Positions 35,001 to 52,369 of a stretch of DNA of 64,000 nt are shown piece by piece (position 1 is the first letter of the stretch; the number at the start of each line of letters is the position of its first letter). This stretch comes from Lama guanicoe (Eukaryota): assembly GCA_013239625.1 (NCBI GenBank), contig MU054338.1, forward strand, positions 496,001-560,000, written 5' to 3'. The translations under genes and the position numbers were made by a program. The notes below the pieces were generated by a model, which saw only the letters and a program-made list of their open reading frames with translations, did not search any database and was not told the origin of the DNA.

Positions 35001-38000
35001 CCAGCGTAGGGTGGGTGGGAAGGAGGGTGCTGCGGGCCCCACTCATGCCTGTCTTCCCCCCAGCCTCTGAACCTGAGGCGGCTCGAGCACGAGAAGCGCA
35101 GAAAGGAGATCAAGGAGTCTTGGCACCGCGCCCAGAGGAAGCTGGTACCGTGGGGCTGTGGGGGTGGGATGTGGCAGGGCGGGCTGGCCTGCGCATGCTC
35201 AGTCCCCTAGCAGAGCCTGGAGGGGATCCTTTCCAGAGTTTCGTGGATACCCGGGACCATGGCCTTCTGTGCCCATGTGGGGCTGGCTGCGGTGTCCTGA
35301 CTCCAAGGTGTTCCAGCCCCATCAGCCCCAGCTGTGTCAGGAGTGACCTCGGCCCCTATCACTGTCCCCGTTCAGTCATGGGGAGAAACGGTGTCCCCTG
35401 AGGCCACCAGGAACAGGCCTGGGTTGGAGGGAAACTGAGGCTCTCTCAGGTCTGGTGGATACTCCAGGTTCCTGCATGTTATTTTTTTCTCACCTCTCCT
35501 TTGGGCTGTTCCAAAGGCACTGGTATCTTTTGGGTTTCTTTTTAGGTCTATTAACGGGGTCTGTGGTGCAGTGTCCACACAGCGCCAGCTCTAGCTAGTG
35601 GCGTCCTGTGGCCTCTCCAGCACATCTGGCAAGTGTGCCTCCCCCTCTTCTGTACACTGGCTGACAGCTTGCCGAGGCCCCGGTCTGCCTCTGGCCTTTC
35701 ACCCTCACCTCCACATCTAGGGACTTGCCCCGTTTCAGTCCCCGTGAAGCCCCTTGTCCCTTCTCCTCTGCTACAGGTGTTCAGCTGCAGCACCGTGTGG
35801 CTTATTCCACTAAATTCCTATTCGTGAGCACTTCAGTTGTTGTTGAGCTGTTGCTGTTTCAAACACCACTGCTGTGACGTGCTTGTGCCCTTGTCTCAGA
35901 CAGGTGACCTAGCATGTATCTCTGATCAGTGCCCAAAAGGTAGTGGCTGAATCATGGGGTGAGTGTATGAGCTGCCCTTCTGAGCCACAGCCTTTCTTCT
36001 CCTTTTCCGTGAGCTCTGAGTTGCTATCCTTTGCTCACCTTGGATTGGATGGTACTCTGTTTCTTATTGATTTGCCAGAACTCTTCACATATTAGAGACC
36101 CCGGCCCTTGATGATAGGTGTTACAGACTCCCCTACCCCCAACTTAGCGTTTTGACTTTTGATTTAACCTGTGGCCGGTTTTGCCAGTTGAAACCCACGA
36201 CTGTTAGTAGTAGTCTTTTCTTTTATGGCTTCTGGGTTCTGTGTCATGCATGGAAAGGCCTTCCCCACACTGTGTTTATTTTAAAAAATTCTTCTGTGGT
36301 TTCTCCTAGTACTTGTATGAGTTCTCTTCTTTATGCTTAAAACTCTGATGGTGTAGGCTGCAAGCTGTGGCCCCCAGAAGGCGCACTCGGTTTTGACTAT
36401 GTGCTCTTCCTGCTAACCCTGAGGGTGCCTGACTTCCTGTCTGGGCGGCCTCACTGTTCTCATCTGTAAGAAGGGAAGTGAGAGAGACAAGCACAAGTGG
36501 CTGCGGCAGGGGTGGGTGTACGTGTAAGAAGACGATGCCATCCATGCCTTCTTCAGAGCTTAGGTGTGCTCAGCCTCCCCAGCTGTGAAATGGGCACCCC
36601 GGATGCTGGCTCCTTCTGGGGCCTTGGAGATCCCACCTCCTATTCTTCCACCATCAGTTCTCGGGCGGGGGCCTCTGTTTGCTCAACTGGCTGTAGGATC
36701 TTGGGACAAGAGATGTGGGTGGTGGAGGTCCCTAACTCGGTGTCTGGCTGATGGGGGCGCTGTCTGCTCACTCCCACACCTGCAGCAAGAGGCGGAGTCC
36801 AACCTGCGTAAGGCCAAGCAGGGCTACGTTCAGCGCTGCGAGGACCACGACAAGGCCCGCTTCCTGGTGGCCAAGGCGGAGGAAGAGCAGGCAGGCACCG
36901 GGCCGGGGGCAGGGGGCGTGGCCTCCAAGACTCTGGACAAGCGGCGGCGCCTGGAGGAGGAGGCCAAGAACAAGGTGCGGGCTGGTGAGGTGCAGGCTGG
37001 AGAGGGGCCGAGGAGGCCATGCCTGTGGCGGCAGGCCCTGACCCTGGTGCAGAACTGCCTGCTTCTGTCCAGACTGCATCTCCTGCCAGGAACGCCTGCC
37101 TTCCCATCCTTCTCTGCCTGGCTGATTTCCGTGTGGGGTCTGACGATGCCTTGAGGGGCGAACCTCAGGCTGAGGTCTCTCTGGGTATGCCCTTGTCCCC
37201 ACCCCAGGCGGAGGAAGCCATGGCCACATACCGCACATGTGTGGCAGATGCTAAGACACAGAAGCAGGAGCTGGAGGACACCAAGGTGACCGCACTCCGG
37301 CAGATCCAGGAGGTCATCCGGCAGAGCGACCAGACCATCAAGTCTGTGCGTGCGGTGCCCCCGCGCTCCCCGCAGTGGGGTGGGCAGGGCAGCTGCGGGG
37401 CCCGCCTCCTGACTCGCGCTGTCTGCGCCCTGCCCTGCCCACAGGCCACCATCTCCTACTACCAGATGATGCACATGCAGACGGCCCCGCTGCCTGTGCT
37501 CTTCCAGATGCTGTGCGAGAGCAGCAAGCTGTACGACCCGGGCCAGCAGTATGCTTCCCACGTGCGCCAGCTGCAGCGCGGCGAGGAGCCCGACGTGCAC
37601 TATGACTTTGAGCCCCACGTCTCCGCCAACGCCTGGTACGCCGTCTGCGCATGCTCCGGGAAGCCTTGCGATCGCGGTGGGTGCGGCGAGCCTCTGTGAC
37701 CCCCATCATGGTCCCTCCTTTTGGCTGTTGGCCCCACCAGGTCCCCGGTCATGCGCGCCCGGAAGGGCAGCTTCAATGTGGGCGATGCCACGTTGGGGGC
37801 GGAGGCGGCGGGCAGCCCTCTGGAGGAAGGTGGGCCCAGCGATGGGACTCTTGTCAAGGAGCGCAGGGGTAAGTGTCTGGTGCGCTTGGGTACAGCCTCC
37901 CTGCAGCCCACCTCAGCCCTTCACTAGGGATGCCTCCTTGCACACGCAGGTGGGCGCGGACACCAGGTGCACAAATCCTGGCCGATCTCCATCTCAGACT

Positions 38001-41000
38001 CCGATGCCAGTCTGGACCCCAGCCCTGGCTCAGGTGAGGGGCCTCCCTGGCTGGCGGGGCGCAGAAAGCTGCTGCCCCTCCCAGACTTCAGTGGCCCCAC
38101 CGTGCAGCTGGAGTGATGGGGAGTGCCAGCTGAGGGCCTTCGGGGGAGTGTCCTGCCTGGAGCCTCCTGGCTCAGGGTGTCTAATGCCCTGTTTCCTCCT
38201 CAGGGGACTTTAAGAAGTTCGAGCGGATGTCGTCCAGTGGCACCATGTCGTCCAGCGAGGAACTGGCAGGCCAGGAAGGCAGTGCAGGGACGTCAGCCTT
38301 TGAGCAGGGTGAGGGGGCCCCTGGGCTGGGAGAGGTGAGGGGGTATTTGGACCCCCATCTGTGGGCCTGGCCCTGACTGACCTTGGTGACACTGACCACC
38401 CACCCCCTCCCCACCAGCTGACCTCAACGGCATGGCCCCGGAGCTGCCAGTGGCCATGCCCAGCGGGCCCTTCCGTCATGTGGGGCTGTCTAAGGCAGCC
38501 CGCACCCACCGGCTCCGGAAGCTCCGCACACCGGCCAAGTGCCGGGAGTGCAACAGCTATGTCTATTTCCAGGGGGCCGAGTGCGAGGAGGTGAGTGGCC
38601 GGCCTGGGGAAGGCTGGGCACAGGGGCAGTAGCCGGCGCCAGCACTTTGCATGCAGAGCGCTGGAGGGAAGTGAAGCTAGGAGCGGGTGGTGGCTCCTGG
38701 CCGGAGGGCGCCCCAGGCGCAGGCACGGTCAGCGCAGGGGCTAGCGGCCGGGCGTCGGGGAGTCTGGGCTGCGCTGGGGTGGGGAAGGCCTGCTCACTCC
38801 ACGCCCGGCTCTCCCCCAGTGTTGCCTGGCCTGCCACAAGAAGTGCCTAGAGACCCTGGCCATCCAGTGCGGCCACAAGAAGCTGCAAGGCCGCCTGCAG
38901 CTCTTCGGCCAGGACTTCAGCCAGGCTGCCCGCAGCGCCCACGACAGCGTGCCCTTCATCGTCAAGAAGTGCGTCTTCGAGATTGAGCAGCGGGCACTGC
39001 GCACCAAGGTGACCACCAGGGCCACAGCGCTGGGGGTTCCGTCCTAGGGGCTGTACAGGGAGGGGAGCTGGGCGTGGGCTGAGGCTGACTGCGGGCTTCC
39101 ACAGGGCATCTACCGGGTCAATGGGGTGAAGACACGTGTGGAGAAGCTGTGCCAGGCCTTCGAAAACGGCAAGGAGCTGGTGGAACTGTCGCAGGCTTCA
39201 CCACACGACATCAGCAACGTCCTCAAACTCTACTTGCGTCAGGTGAGACAGATGGGGACAGGGCAGAGCAGATCCTGGGCGGGACCTTAGCTTGAAGGGG
39301 GCGTGGCCAGCGCCTGGCCTGGGGCGGTGGTATGTCAGAGGCATAGTCAGTATAGAGTGGGCGGAACCAGCACCTGGCAGGGGTGGGGCTTCTAGGTCAG
39401 GGGCGTGGCCAAGGCACGCCAGGCCCACTGACTCCCCATACCTGACCCATCGCTCCGCAGCTGCCCGAGCCGCTCATCTCCTTCCGCCTCTACCATGAGC
39501 TTGTGGGGTTGGCCAAGGACAGCCTGAAGGCAGAAGCCGAGGCCAAGGCAGCGTCCCGAGGACAACTGGATGCCACTGAGAGGGAGGCTGCAGCCGTGGC
39601 CATGGCTGGCCGGCTGCGGGAACTCCTGCGGGACCTGCCAGCGGAGAACCGGGCTACGCTGCGGTACCTGATGCAGCACCTGCGCAGGTGAGGGCTGCCC
39701 AGGCAGGGGTCGAGGGTGGCAGGGTCCCAGGAGCCGCTCACACCTGCTCCTGTGCCTTCCACCCCCCAGGATCGTGGAGGTGGAGCAGGACAACAAGATG
39801 ACCTCGGGGAACCTGGGAATCGTGTTTGGGCCCACGCTGCTGCGGCCCCGGCCCACGGAGGCCACTGTGTCCCTCTCCTCCCTGGTCGACTACCCCCACC
39901 AGGCCTGCATCGTGGAGACCCTCATCACCCACTATAGCGTGGTCTTCGAGGAGGAGCCTGAGGAGGCGCCCGGGGGCCAGGTGAGGGCTGTCTGCTCTAA
40001 GCGAGGGGCACAGGGCTCCATGAATGTGGCTGGGGGCCTGGAGTCTGGCTTGCGGGGTACCAGGATGGGGAGAACGTCTGGCAGACATCTGGCTAGGATA
40101 GGGCTGTCGGGGTGGCCTCCAAGGTATCTTTTAAGCAAAGAACTGGACAAGTGTGGGTTCAAATCTGTGGGCTGAGCTCCAGATGGTGCAAAGGTCCTCC
40201 AGCCTTCCCTCTGCCCTTGCCTGAGCTCCTGTCAAGCCTGCATGGGCCCAGCTGCCCCAGCCCCTCCCATTTCCCGTCTCTTGGCACCAGCAGCTCGTCC
40301 CTGTGCTCTGGCTCTTGAGCACTCAGCAGGGTCCCCTGCCGCTGGGTCTCACTTCCTGCCACCAGCTCTCGTTTCTGCTAGTCCAGGTAGTGTTGGAGCA
40401 GCACCTTGCTCCTGTGCTCAGAGTCCCTGGGCGTCTTTAATCCTTCTCCTGGCATCTTGGTGTTGAGGGGAGGCTCCTGTGCCGGTGTCCATGTGGGGAC
40501 TCAGCCTTTCTGGCCTGAGCCTTCTGCCCTCTTTGCACAAGCTCAGCCTGCTCACGACGTGAGAATAGGGGTCCTCGTGTGTTCAGCTACTGTGGGTGTT
40601 GTTAATTTACAAGACAGAAAATGGGACTTGGAATGGTACCGTGGTACCTGCCTGACCTCCGTCCCACCCCTGCAGGATGGGATGTCCAACCAGCGGGCCG
40701 AGGTGGTGGTCCAGGTACCCTACCTGGAGACGAGTGGGGGCGTGGCCTTCCCCCTGGAGGAGGAGGCTGAGGACGGGGCCCTCGGTGAGTGGGGCAGCCC
40801 TGGGGGTGCCGGGCAGGTGGCGGGTGAGGCACTGGGCCTGGAAGCTGCACTCTGACTTGCTTCCCAGAGACTACGTGGGTCACCTGTTTGTTCACTGTCT
40901 CAGCTTGTTACAAACTCTCGCAAAGAGATACCCTTTCAGGTGTTTTGCTGACGCTGAGAAATGGGCATCTAAAATGAGAATTACCCCAAAGTTTGAGACT

Positions 41001-41496
41001 TTGTGCACCCCTGCTTCCCCCGGGGTTCTGAGCGGGAAGTGGCCTGCTGAGGGGCTGCCTCAGCATCATGGGAGGCCGACGCCCAGTCGCCCTCCTGCTC
41101 ACAGGACCATGGTCTCTCTGTATCTCTGCCCCGGACTTCCCAGAATCCCACGTCACCTCCAACGACTCTGACTCAGAGCTGGAGGAGGCCTTGGACCCGC
41201 AGTCCCCGGAGGCCATCCTCGTGCAGCACCAGCTGAACTTCCTGGAGAAGCAGGGGAGCCAGGCCAGCGCCGAGGGTTGCCAGGGCAGCTGCAGTGGCAG
41301 TGAGGAGCAGCTGGACCCCGGGGAGGACGGAGACACGCCCTGGAAGGGCCTTGGGGAGGACCCGGCCCGGCGGCTCTCTGAGTACAACACCAACCAGTGC
41401 AACAACGCGGCTGCGGCCCGGCTGCCGGCCATGAGGCTCCGCGGCGGGCGGGTTGCAACAGGCACCGGCCCGGAGAGGCAGCCAGAGTTTGTCTAG
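29079..41496 (+). CDS. ARHGAP45: Rho GTPase-activating protein 45 (minor histocompatibility protein HA-1), 23 exons, 1139 aa
   Basis: Exons 29079-29168, 30065-30395, 33435-33578, 33778-33862, 33946-34018, 34200-34266, 34394-34531, 34620-34684, 34879-34989, 35064-35144, 36786-36974, 37208-37345, 37445-37635, 37741-37868, 37950-38033, 38204-38308, 38418-38590, 38820-39008, 39105-39242, 39461-39687, 39770-39980, 40676-40784, 41144-41496 (3420 nt). Starts MFSRKKRELMKTPS; F-BAR; C1 finger (HRLRKLRTPAKCRECNSY...CHKKC); RhoGAP GIYRVNG and NLGIVFGPTLL; ends RQPEFV*. Confidence 0.97.
32023..32092 (+). CDS. ARHGAP45: ARHGAP45 internal alternative first coding exon (MCICGTVHLALDQGPVCCQTGPR)
   Basis: Kozak GCCATG and strong phase-1 donor GAG|GTGAGG, matching the phase-1 acceptor of exon 3 at 33435. 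Lies in an intronic CpG island with several GC boxes (31660-31900). Confidence 0.65.
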
Positions 41497-41956
41497 CTGG
41501 GGTGCTGGGCCCGTCACGCTCCTGTCCCTCACACAGCCCTGGGCTCAGCCAAGCCGTCGGCTCACCAGAGGCCTCTTCTTCTGGCCCACAGTGGCGAGGG
41601 CAACCCTGGACAGCTTTCCCAGAAGCTTCTGCCCTGTGGCCCTCTGCACGCCCAGCAGGCCTGGCTCCCCAAGGGAGAGGATTTGCTTTCAGGAGTTGCC
41701 CAGGGGCTATGGTAGAGGGACCCCCTGAGCAGCCTCTGCCTGCCCTGGGCTGTGCAGGCCCGCAGTAGCCGGGAGGAGGACTGGAAACTTCTGCAGACAG
41801 CAGGCCTCGGTGGTCCCCGGACGTCCTGACTTTTGTGGAAAACCACGTAGACACCTGAAGTTCAGGAACATGTTGAGATGACACATGGAAAACCGGGCTG
41901 GACACCTGGGCTTTGGGAACACGATGTGCTTTGACGTCAACGTTTACTTTGCTTAC

Positions 41957-41962
41957 AATAAA
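41957..41962 (+). terminator. ARHGAP45 polyadenylation signal AATAAA
   Basis: Canonical hexamer about 460 nt after the stop. Confidence 0.8.
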
Positions 41963-42619
41963 GTCTTTAACCTGACTCCGTCTCCTCTGGCGGTAGCACC
42001 CTAGGGACCAGGACACAGAGGGCCCTCAGCACCCCTGGCGTTCCCTGCTGGGGTTGAGGTGAAGGAAGTCCCCGCCCCCCGAGGTGCGTGAGCCCAGGCG
42101 GCCACGCGGCCCCAGCTGCAAGTGTGGCCAGTGCATGCGAGGAGCTGCAGCTGAAATCCCTTTGGACGGAAGAGCCTGGGGAAGGCTGCGGCCACCGTCC
42201 GGGCCAGCACAGCGAGGACCCTCCCAGTGCCTGCTCTCGACCCCTCACCCAGCTGAGAGACCCCACAGTCCGCTCAGCAGAACTATCCACCTGATATAGA
42301 ATGAAGACGAATTTCACACCCGGTCATGGTACGAGCAGCTGGGGAGAGCAGGGGCATCCGTTCCTGGCACAGAACAGCCCCAGACGGCAGCCCCTAGCAG
42401 GCCTAGGTAAGGCTGGGCCGCGGTGGTCAGAGGCTCTGCCTCCGCAGACGCCTCCCAGAGCCAGCGAACTACAACCCAGTGTGTTCTGCAAACGGGGCCG
42501 GGGCCACGTGTGAAACGCTGGCAGCAGAGCTGAGCACTGCAGCAGGGGGAAACGGGCAAAACCCTAGAATATTTCACCATCAGATCCTTCACAGAACGCT
42601 TCCTGACCCCTGACCTACA

Positions 42620-42736
42620 TTTTTTTTAGAGGAGGACGTAATTAGGCTTTTATGTTAACAGAGGTACTTGGGGGTGAACCCAGGACCCTGTGTATGCTAG
42701 GAACATGCTCCACCATTTAGCTGTATCCTCGCTCCC
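42620..42736 (-). mobile_element. More diverged tRNA-derived SINE (vic-1-like)
   Basis: Minus strand GGGAGCGAGGATACAGCTAAATGGTGGAGCA...GGGTTCACCCCC...CCTAATTA plus A-tail; flanking duplicate CTACATTTT. Confidence 0.75.
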
Positions 42737-43344
42737 ATCTACATTTTGAAAACAGAGGACTGTGCAGACAGAACCACCGCCAGCGCTGTGCTCGGCTGGA
42801 TAGCAGCTTCACACTTCTCAGCGTCAGTCCAAAGGCTGAAAGCATGGGATCCACCTCGAAGGAGCCTGACAGACGGCTCACGCCTCACGTGAGATGCCTG
42901 GCAGTGCGGCAATCCACAGGCCTTCACAGGCTGCTCTGGCTCCAGGCATGGCCTGACCCAGGCTCACGGCGCGTCCCGGGGGCCACGGGGCTGCTTGAAG
43001 GCCAGGCCCCGTCCTCACCTCACCCCCGACCCCCAAGAGGGAGCACTGCTGAGGCAGGTATCGGAACCAATCTCAGGGCCGTGGAACAGCCATGCTTGGT
43101 GGCACAAGCAGGCAGAACTGGTCCCCTGTAAGAAGGAGCTGGTGCCGCTGGAAGAAGGGGGCTGGGGGGTAATCTCTACTACACCCTCTAAAGCCAGAGA
43201 CTTGACCGACAGCATCCAAGGCCACGCATCCAGGGACAGGTTTGTCCCCAACTTGGGGACCAAGCAAACCCAACCGAAAGCAAGAGGAATTCTCAAGGAG
43301 TTGATGAGTGTAGAACTCATTTCTACCCTGATTTCTACACAACA

Positions 43345-43625
43345 GCCAAGATGCTTTGTTTTAATTGCAAGTTACACATATTTACTGTTTTTGCCATTTT
43401 TAAGTGCATAGTTCCCAGACTCTAAGCACACACACAGTCACTCAGTCATGCAAGCATCCCCACCACCATCTCCAGGACTTTCTCATCTTCCCAAACTGCA
43501 ACTCTGTCTCCATGAAACCCTCACTCCCCAGCCCCTCCCCCCACCTATTTCCTGTCTCTGTGGATGTGACTCCTCCAGGTCCTCCTGCGAGTGGGATCTG
43601 ACAGTACTTGTCCTTTGGTCGGGCT
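43345..43625 (-). mobile_element. L1M 3' fragment (antisense)
   Basis: TTTTAAGTGCATAGTTC, CCATCTCCAGGACTTTCTCATCTTCCCAAACTGCAACTCTG and CTGTCTCTGTGGATGTGACT match the reverse complement of an L1MB 3' UTR. Boundaries are approximate. Confidence 0.65.
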
Positions 43626-43889
43626 CATTTTGGCCAGGGCAGTTTTGGGAGAAGGAGGGACCTGTTCCACCATCAGATGCTATATAAACCCATGACTCCT
43701 ACAATCTTCATTTACCAGTAAAGAAGAGGGCCTCAAAACAGACCCAGGGCACCTGCGCGTTGACTGTGAGAGCGGCGATCCGGGCAGTGAGGAAGGAACC
43801 TCTGGTTCATCGATAAATGGTGTCAGGACCACTTTCTGGGGTAAGGTTACAGCCCTAGGTCGTATGACACCCGGGCCCCAGGAAGGTGA

Positions 43890-44532
43890 GTCTGAACCAC
43901 GGCGACGTCACTCAGCCCCAAGGAAAGAAAGAACCAGTGCTGGTGAGGACGCAGAGACACCGAATCTTTGTACAGGGCTGGTGGGAACAGGAAATGGGGC
44001 AGCTGCTGTGGGAAAGTCTCTTGAAAGGGTAACCAGAGCTTCCATATGACCCAGCAATTCTATTCCGAGGTACACACCCAGAAAAACCAACCAACCCACG
44101 TCCACACTAACTTTCACCTGGAAGTTCACAGCAACATCACTCACAATCTCCAAGAAACGGAAACAACTCCAGCGTCCATCAGCCGGAGGACGGACAGACA
44201 ACGCATCCCTCCACGCACGGGAGCATCGCTCAGCCGTGACCAGGAGAGCAGCCCTGACACCCGCTCCCACATGGCCGGACCCTGAGAGCACGCTGCTCAG
44301 GGAGAGAAGCAGACACAGGAGGACACACAGCGTGTGAGTCCACGGATGTGAGACGTCCAGAACAGGCCAGTCCCCAGACCCAGGGAGGGGGCTCCTGGCA
44401 GTCAGGGGCCAGGGCTTCTTTTTAGGGTGATCCAAAGTTGATTGTGGTGATGGGTGCGTGACAGTGTGCGCGTGGAACTCTGCCCTCCTGACAGGTGGAT
44501 TGTATGGTATGTGAATTCTACCTCAATAAAGC
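43890..44532 (+). mobile_element. L1MB-like ORF2 end and 3' UTR fragment
   Basis: TGCTGGTGAGGACGCAGAGA, CCATATGACCCAGCAATTC, GATTGTGGTGATGG, TGTATGGTATGTGAATT...CTCAATAAAGC. Confidence 0.8.
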
Positions 44533-44859
44533 CATCGAATGGAGACTAGAAACAATTGTGCTTAGGCCTGGCAGGAAGGCCTCTCAGCTTGGCGACAGGG
44601 CGAAAGCAGGTAGTCTGCTCCCAAGCTCGCACACAGGAGAAGCACCGGGCAGCAGAGCTGGAAGCGGCACGGGACCTCTCCCGGAACCTCACTCCCGCAG
44701 CTCCGAGCAGGACACGGGGAGGGAGTGGGGGCCCTGAGGATGGAGGGGAGACTGAGACTGCGTGGAGGGGCTGGGAGCAGGAGCAGGAGCAAGGCTGCCC
44801 CTGCACCGTGAGGCTACCCTTTCTCTGTCTCTCAGACGAGCAAACTTACTCAAAATAGC

Positions 44860-44865
44860 TTTAAT
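44860..44865 (-). terminator. Probable POLR2E polyadenylation signal ATTAAA
   Basis: TTTAAT on the plus strand, about 540 nt beyond the stop, in the only AT-rich patch nearby. Confidence 0.6.
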
Positions 44866-45406
44866 TTTTAAAAATGCCCAGCATGTAACAGCAATCGAAA
44901 TCCAGACCAGTTTTCACCTCCCTCCCTGCTGCCCTCAGAGCACCCACAGACGGGCAGCATCAGGACCGCTGATGGGGAAAAGGACCGGGAAGGCCAGGAG
45001 GAAAGGGGCCGACCAGACGCACACCCAGGCCCTCAATGGGGAATCCTGTCCCCTCCTGAGGCACTATCAGGTGGGATCCACAGTGGGACTCAGCATCCAG
45101 GCGACCAGGAGAGGCAAACCTGAGGCAGGCAGCCTTGGTGCCTGGAGGAGCAGACCCCCCCCAGGGCAGCCAGCCACTAGGCTCACAACCGTGGTGGATG
45201 GTCAGTCCAACTTTCCGTCCCCCAGGGACAGGCCAGGGGAGAAGGGGCAGTCACGCGCCCCACCTGTCACGTGAGCTGGGCACACCCAGGCTGGATGCAG
45301 GGCTGCCTCTGGGGCGGGTAGCAGGTGGGGCTCACTCATGGGACTGAGACAAACCCCGCAGCCCTCTCTGCCCAGCCGCACTGTGCACTTCTGGGCTGTC
45401 AGGCAG

Positions 45407-50104
<4,698 letters not shown>

Positions 50105-50129
50105 GGCCGCCACCGCCGCTGCCCCCCGC

Positions 50130-50470
50130 ACTCACTGCGCCTGCGCCCAAGACCCGCGCCCACTGCGCCTGCGCCGAGTCTCGGTGAGGCCCCCCGCCCC
50201 CCGCGCGCCCCGTGTAGGGCTGTCGCCAGCGAACGCCTGAATGCAGCGACCTTCAGGAGCGGTAGCGCCAAGGGCAGCCCTAGCCTTACTAAAGCGGCGG
50301 TTGGCTGCGCGAGGAACGTGCCAACAGCACCGCCCTCCGGCCCCGGAAGTTTTCGCGTGGCTTTGACTGCAAGGCCTCTCGGGAGTTGTAGTTCCCACCC
50401 AACGCCCGCCTCGGGGCGGCAGTTTAGAATCAAAGCAGCAAAGTCGAGGTGTGGGCGGGGAACTGAGGTT
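50130..50470 (-). promoter_or_regulatory. POLR2E CpG-island housekeeping promoter
   Basis: NRF1-like TGCGCCTGCGC twice (50137-50147, 50165-50175), ETS CCGGAAGT 50343-50350, ZNF143/THAP11-type ACTACAACTCCC (minus, 50381-50392) and GC boxes. Confidence 0.75.
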
Positions 50471-50899
50471 GCGATGGGGTCTGGGGTATGCTAGGCTCTC
50501 AGGGACTCTTGGGCAGCCACTCCATAAGTATTTGTGCGTCCAAGTGTAGGCGGTTCTCTCAGCTGGCTCTGGGCCGCGTCCAACAATGCACTTCGTCCTC
50601 AGTTTTCTGTCTGTACAATGGAAATAAAAAAGTGACCTTATTTTAGAGGGTTAGCTGAGAATCTAAAGGGATGGTCGTACTTGAGATGAGCTTGGCATAG
50701 CACCTGGTTATGAAATGCTCCCATCTCTGTCTTCCCCCTTTTCTGTCCCCTGAGCCCCAATCCAGACCCTACCCGCATATTCCGCAGCCCCCCAAGACCG
50801 TGCATTTTTACAACCTCCCCATCTGCCCTTTCCCCGCCGAGTCCATATAGGAGGTTTGCCCAGCCCAGCCCAGCCCCCCAGTAACTTCTCATTCAGTAA

Positions 50900-51500
50900 T
50901 ACATTCATTCACTGACTCAGTATTTAAGAAGCAACAACAGGGACAGTGAACCAAAGAGATCTGAGAGAGACGGGCCGTGAACAGTACGCATAATAAGTAA
51001 ATGACAAAGTGTTTTAGAAGGTGACAATGCTGTGGAAGGAGAAATAGAGGAAGCTGAGGGAGGTGCATCAGGCAGAGGGTGCGATCTGTTCAAAGGCCCT
51101 GAGGCTGGACCTTGGTGTATTGGTAGCAAGGAAGCCTGTGGTGGGGAGAGGTAGGAGAGGAAGTTAGGGAGTCAGGTGGGACAGATCCTGGGAGGCCTTG
51201 TGGATTGGGTAGGGGTTTGGCCAAGGGCATGTGGTTTGTGACCATGAACAGGGCAGATTCAAGGAGCAGGCCCGGCTGTGTGTGTTGGCTGGGTGTTTGC
51301 TGGAGGAAAGTAATTGGAGATGTGAATGCAGTGGGAGGTGGGCTGAAGGTGGAGAGGAAGCAGGTCAGGAGTGAATTTTAAGAAAGGGTGTCTGTCTGGG
51401 TTGCTGGAGTGATGGACAGATCTGGGCAGGGGGCAGGGGCAGAACTGCTGGAGCCCAAGTCGGGAGCCTGGACGGTAACTGAGGTGACTACAGGTGCAGG
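50900..51500. mobile_element. Degraded L2 fragment
   Basis: CATTCATTCACTGACTCAGTATTT, CAAAGGCCCTGAGGCTGGA and GATCCTGGGAGGCCTTGTGG are typical L2 pieces. Similar pieces occur at about 2900-3090 and 30700-30830. Confidence 0.5.
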
Positions 51501-51852
51501 CGGGCGCAGGGGGATGTCAGGTCATCTTGCTGTTGCTTGGGGCATGGAAGAGAGGAGAAAGGGCTCACACGAGTTGGGGGGACTCGGGATCCCAAGAGGC
51601 TGGCAGGGCTCAACCCCAACACCCAAGACTCAGAGCCCTGCCTGTGATTGCAAGGCCTCAGCAACAGGACATGGAGTGGTAACCTTCTCCATGAACCCCC
51701 AGACCACTTAGTGCCTAGAAATCAGGTCACCACCCACAGGCTCCTGGGTGCAGATGTAAAACAGGGCTGTGACTGTGGGAAAGTCCAGCAGCTCCTCAAA
51801 CAGTTAAAGAGAGTCACCCTGTGATCCAGCACTTCCACCCTAGGGGCATATC

Positions 51853-52369
51853 TGTTACTGAGTCCAAGTTTGTACTGCTCGCCACCTGAGAGGCTGATAA
51901 ACGTGGAGTTGACCTGTTGAGGCAAGGAAGAGTAACTTTATTTGGAAAGTCAGTGGACCAAGAAGGTGGGGGGCTAGCGTCCCGGAGAACCATCTTCCTC
52001 AAGTCAGAATTCAGGCTCCTTTGATACTAAAAAGGGGCGGGGGTGTGATTGGTTGTTGCAAACTTCTTGATGTCGGAATCCTTTGTTCTTGCAGCTGTCC
52101 ATGTGGGTCAGGTCAGGATGTCCCTGTAAACCTCCAACAAGACAAATAATGTTCTCTGTTCTACAACTTTCTATTTCTGTATGAATGGAAAAGTGTTGTA
52201 CCCTTAAGAGTCAGACCCTTGAGAATGGGCTCTCCTGTCTGTCTCAGTCTACAGGCAATTCTTTTACAAAAGGTTTAGAATCAGCATGACTGAGCCCAGG
52301 AAACAGAGCACTGTGTTAGAGCCAGAGGAACAGATACAATATGGAGTCAAATTTGTTTTCCCTATTACA
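51853..52369 (-). mobile_element. Solo ERV1-like LTR (517 bp) inserted into an L1M fragment
   Basis: TG...CA termini; 4-bp near-duplicate flanks TATC/CATC; AATAAA on the minus strand (51937-51942). The L1 sequence resumes across the insertion (CACTTCCACCCTAGGGGCATATC | CATCCAGGAGAAATGA). Confidence 0.78.

Noticed and set aside
41153-42016. 287-aa minus-strand ORF over the ARHGAP45 last exon and 3' UTR
   Set aside because: Antisense shadow of GC-rich coding sequence, with no ATG start, splice context or homology features.
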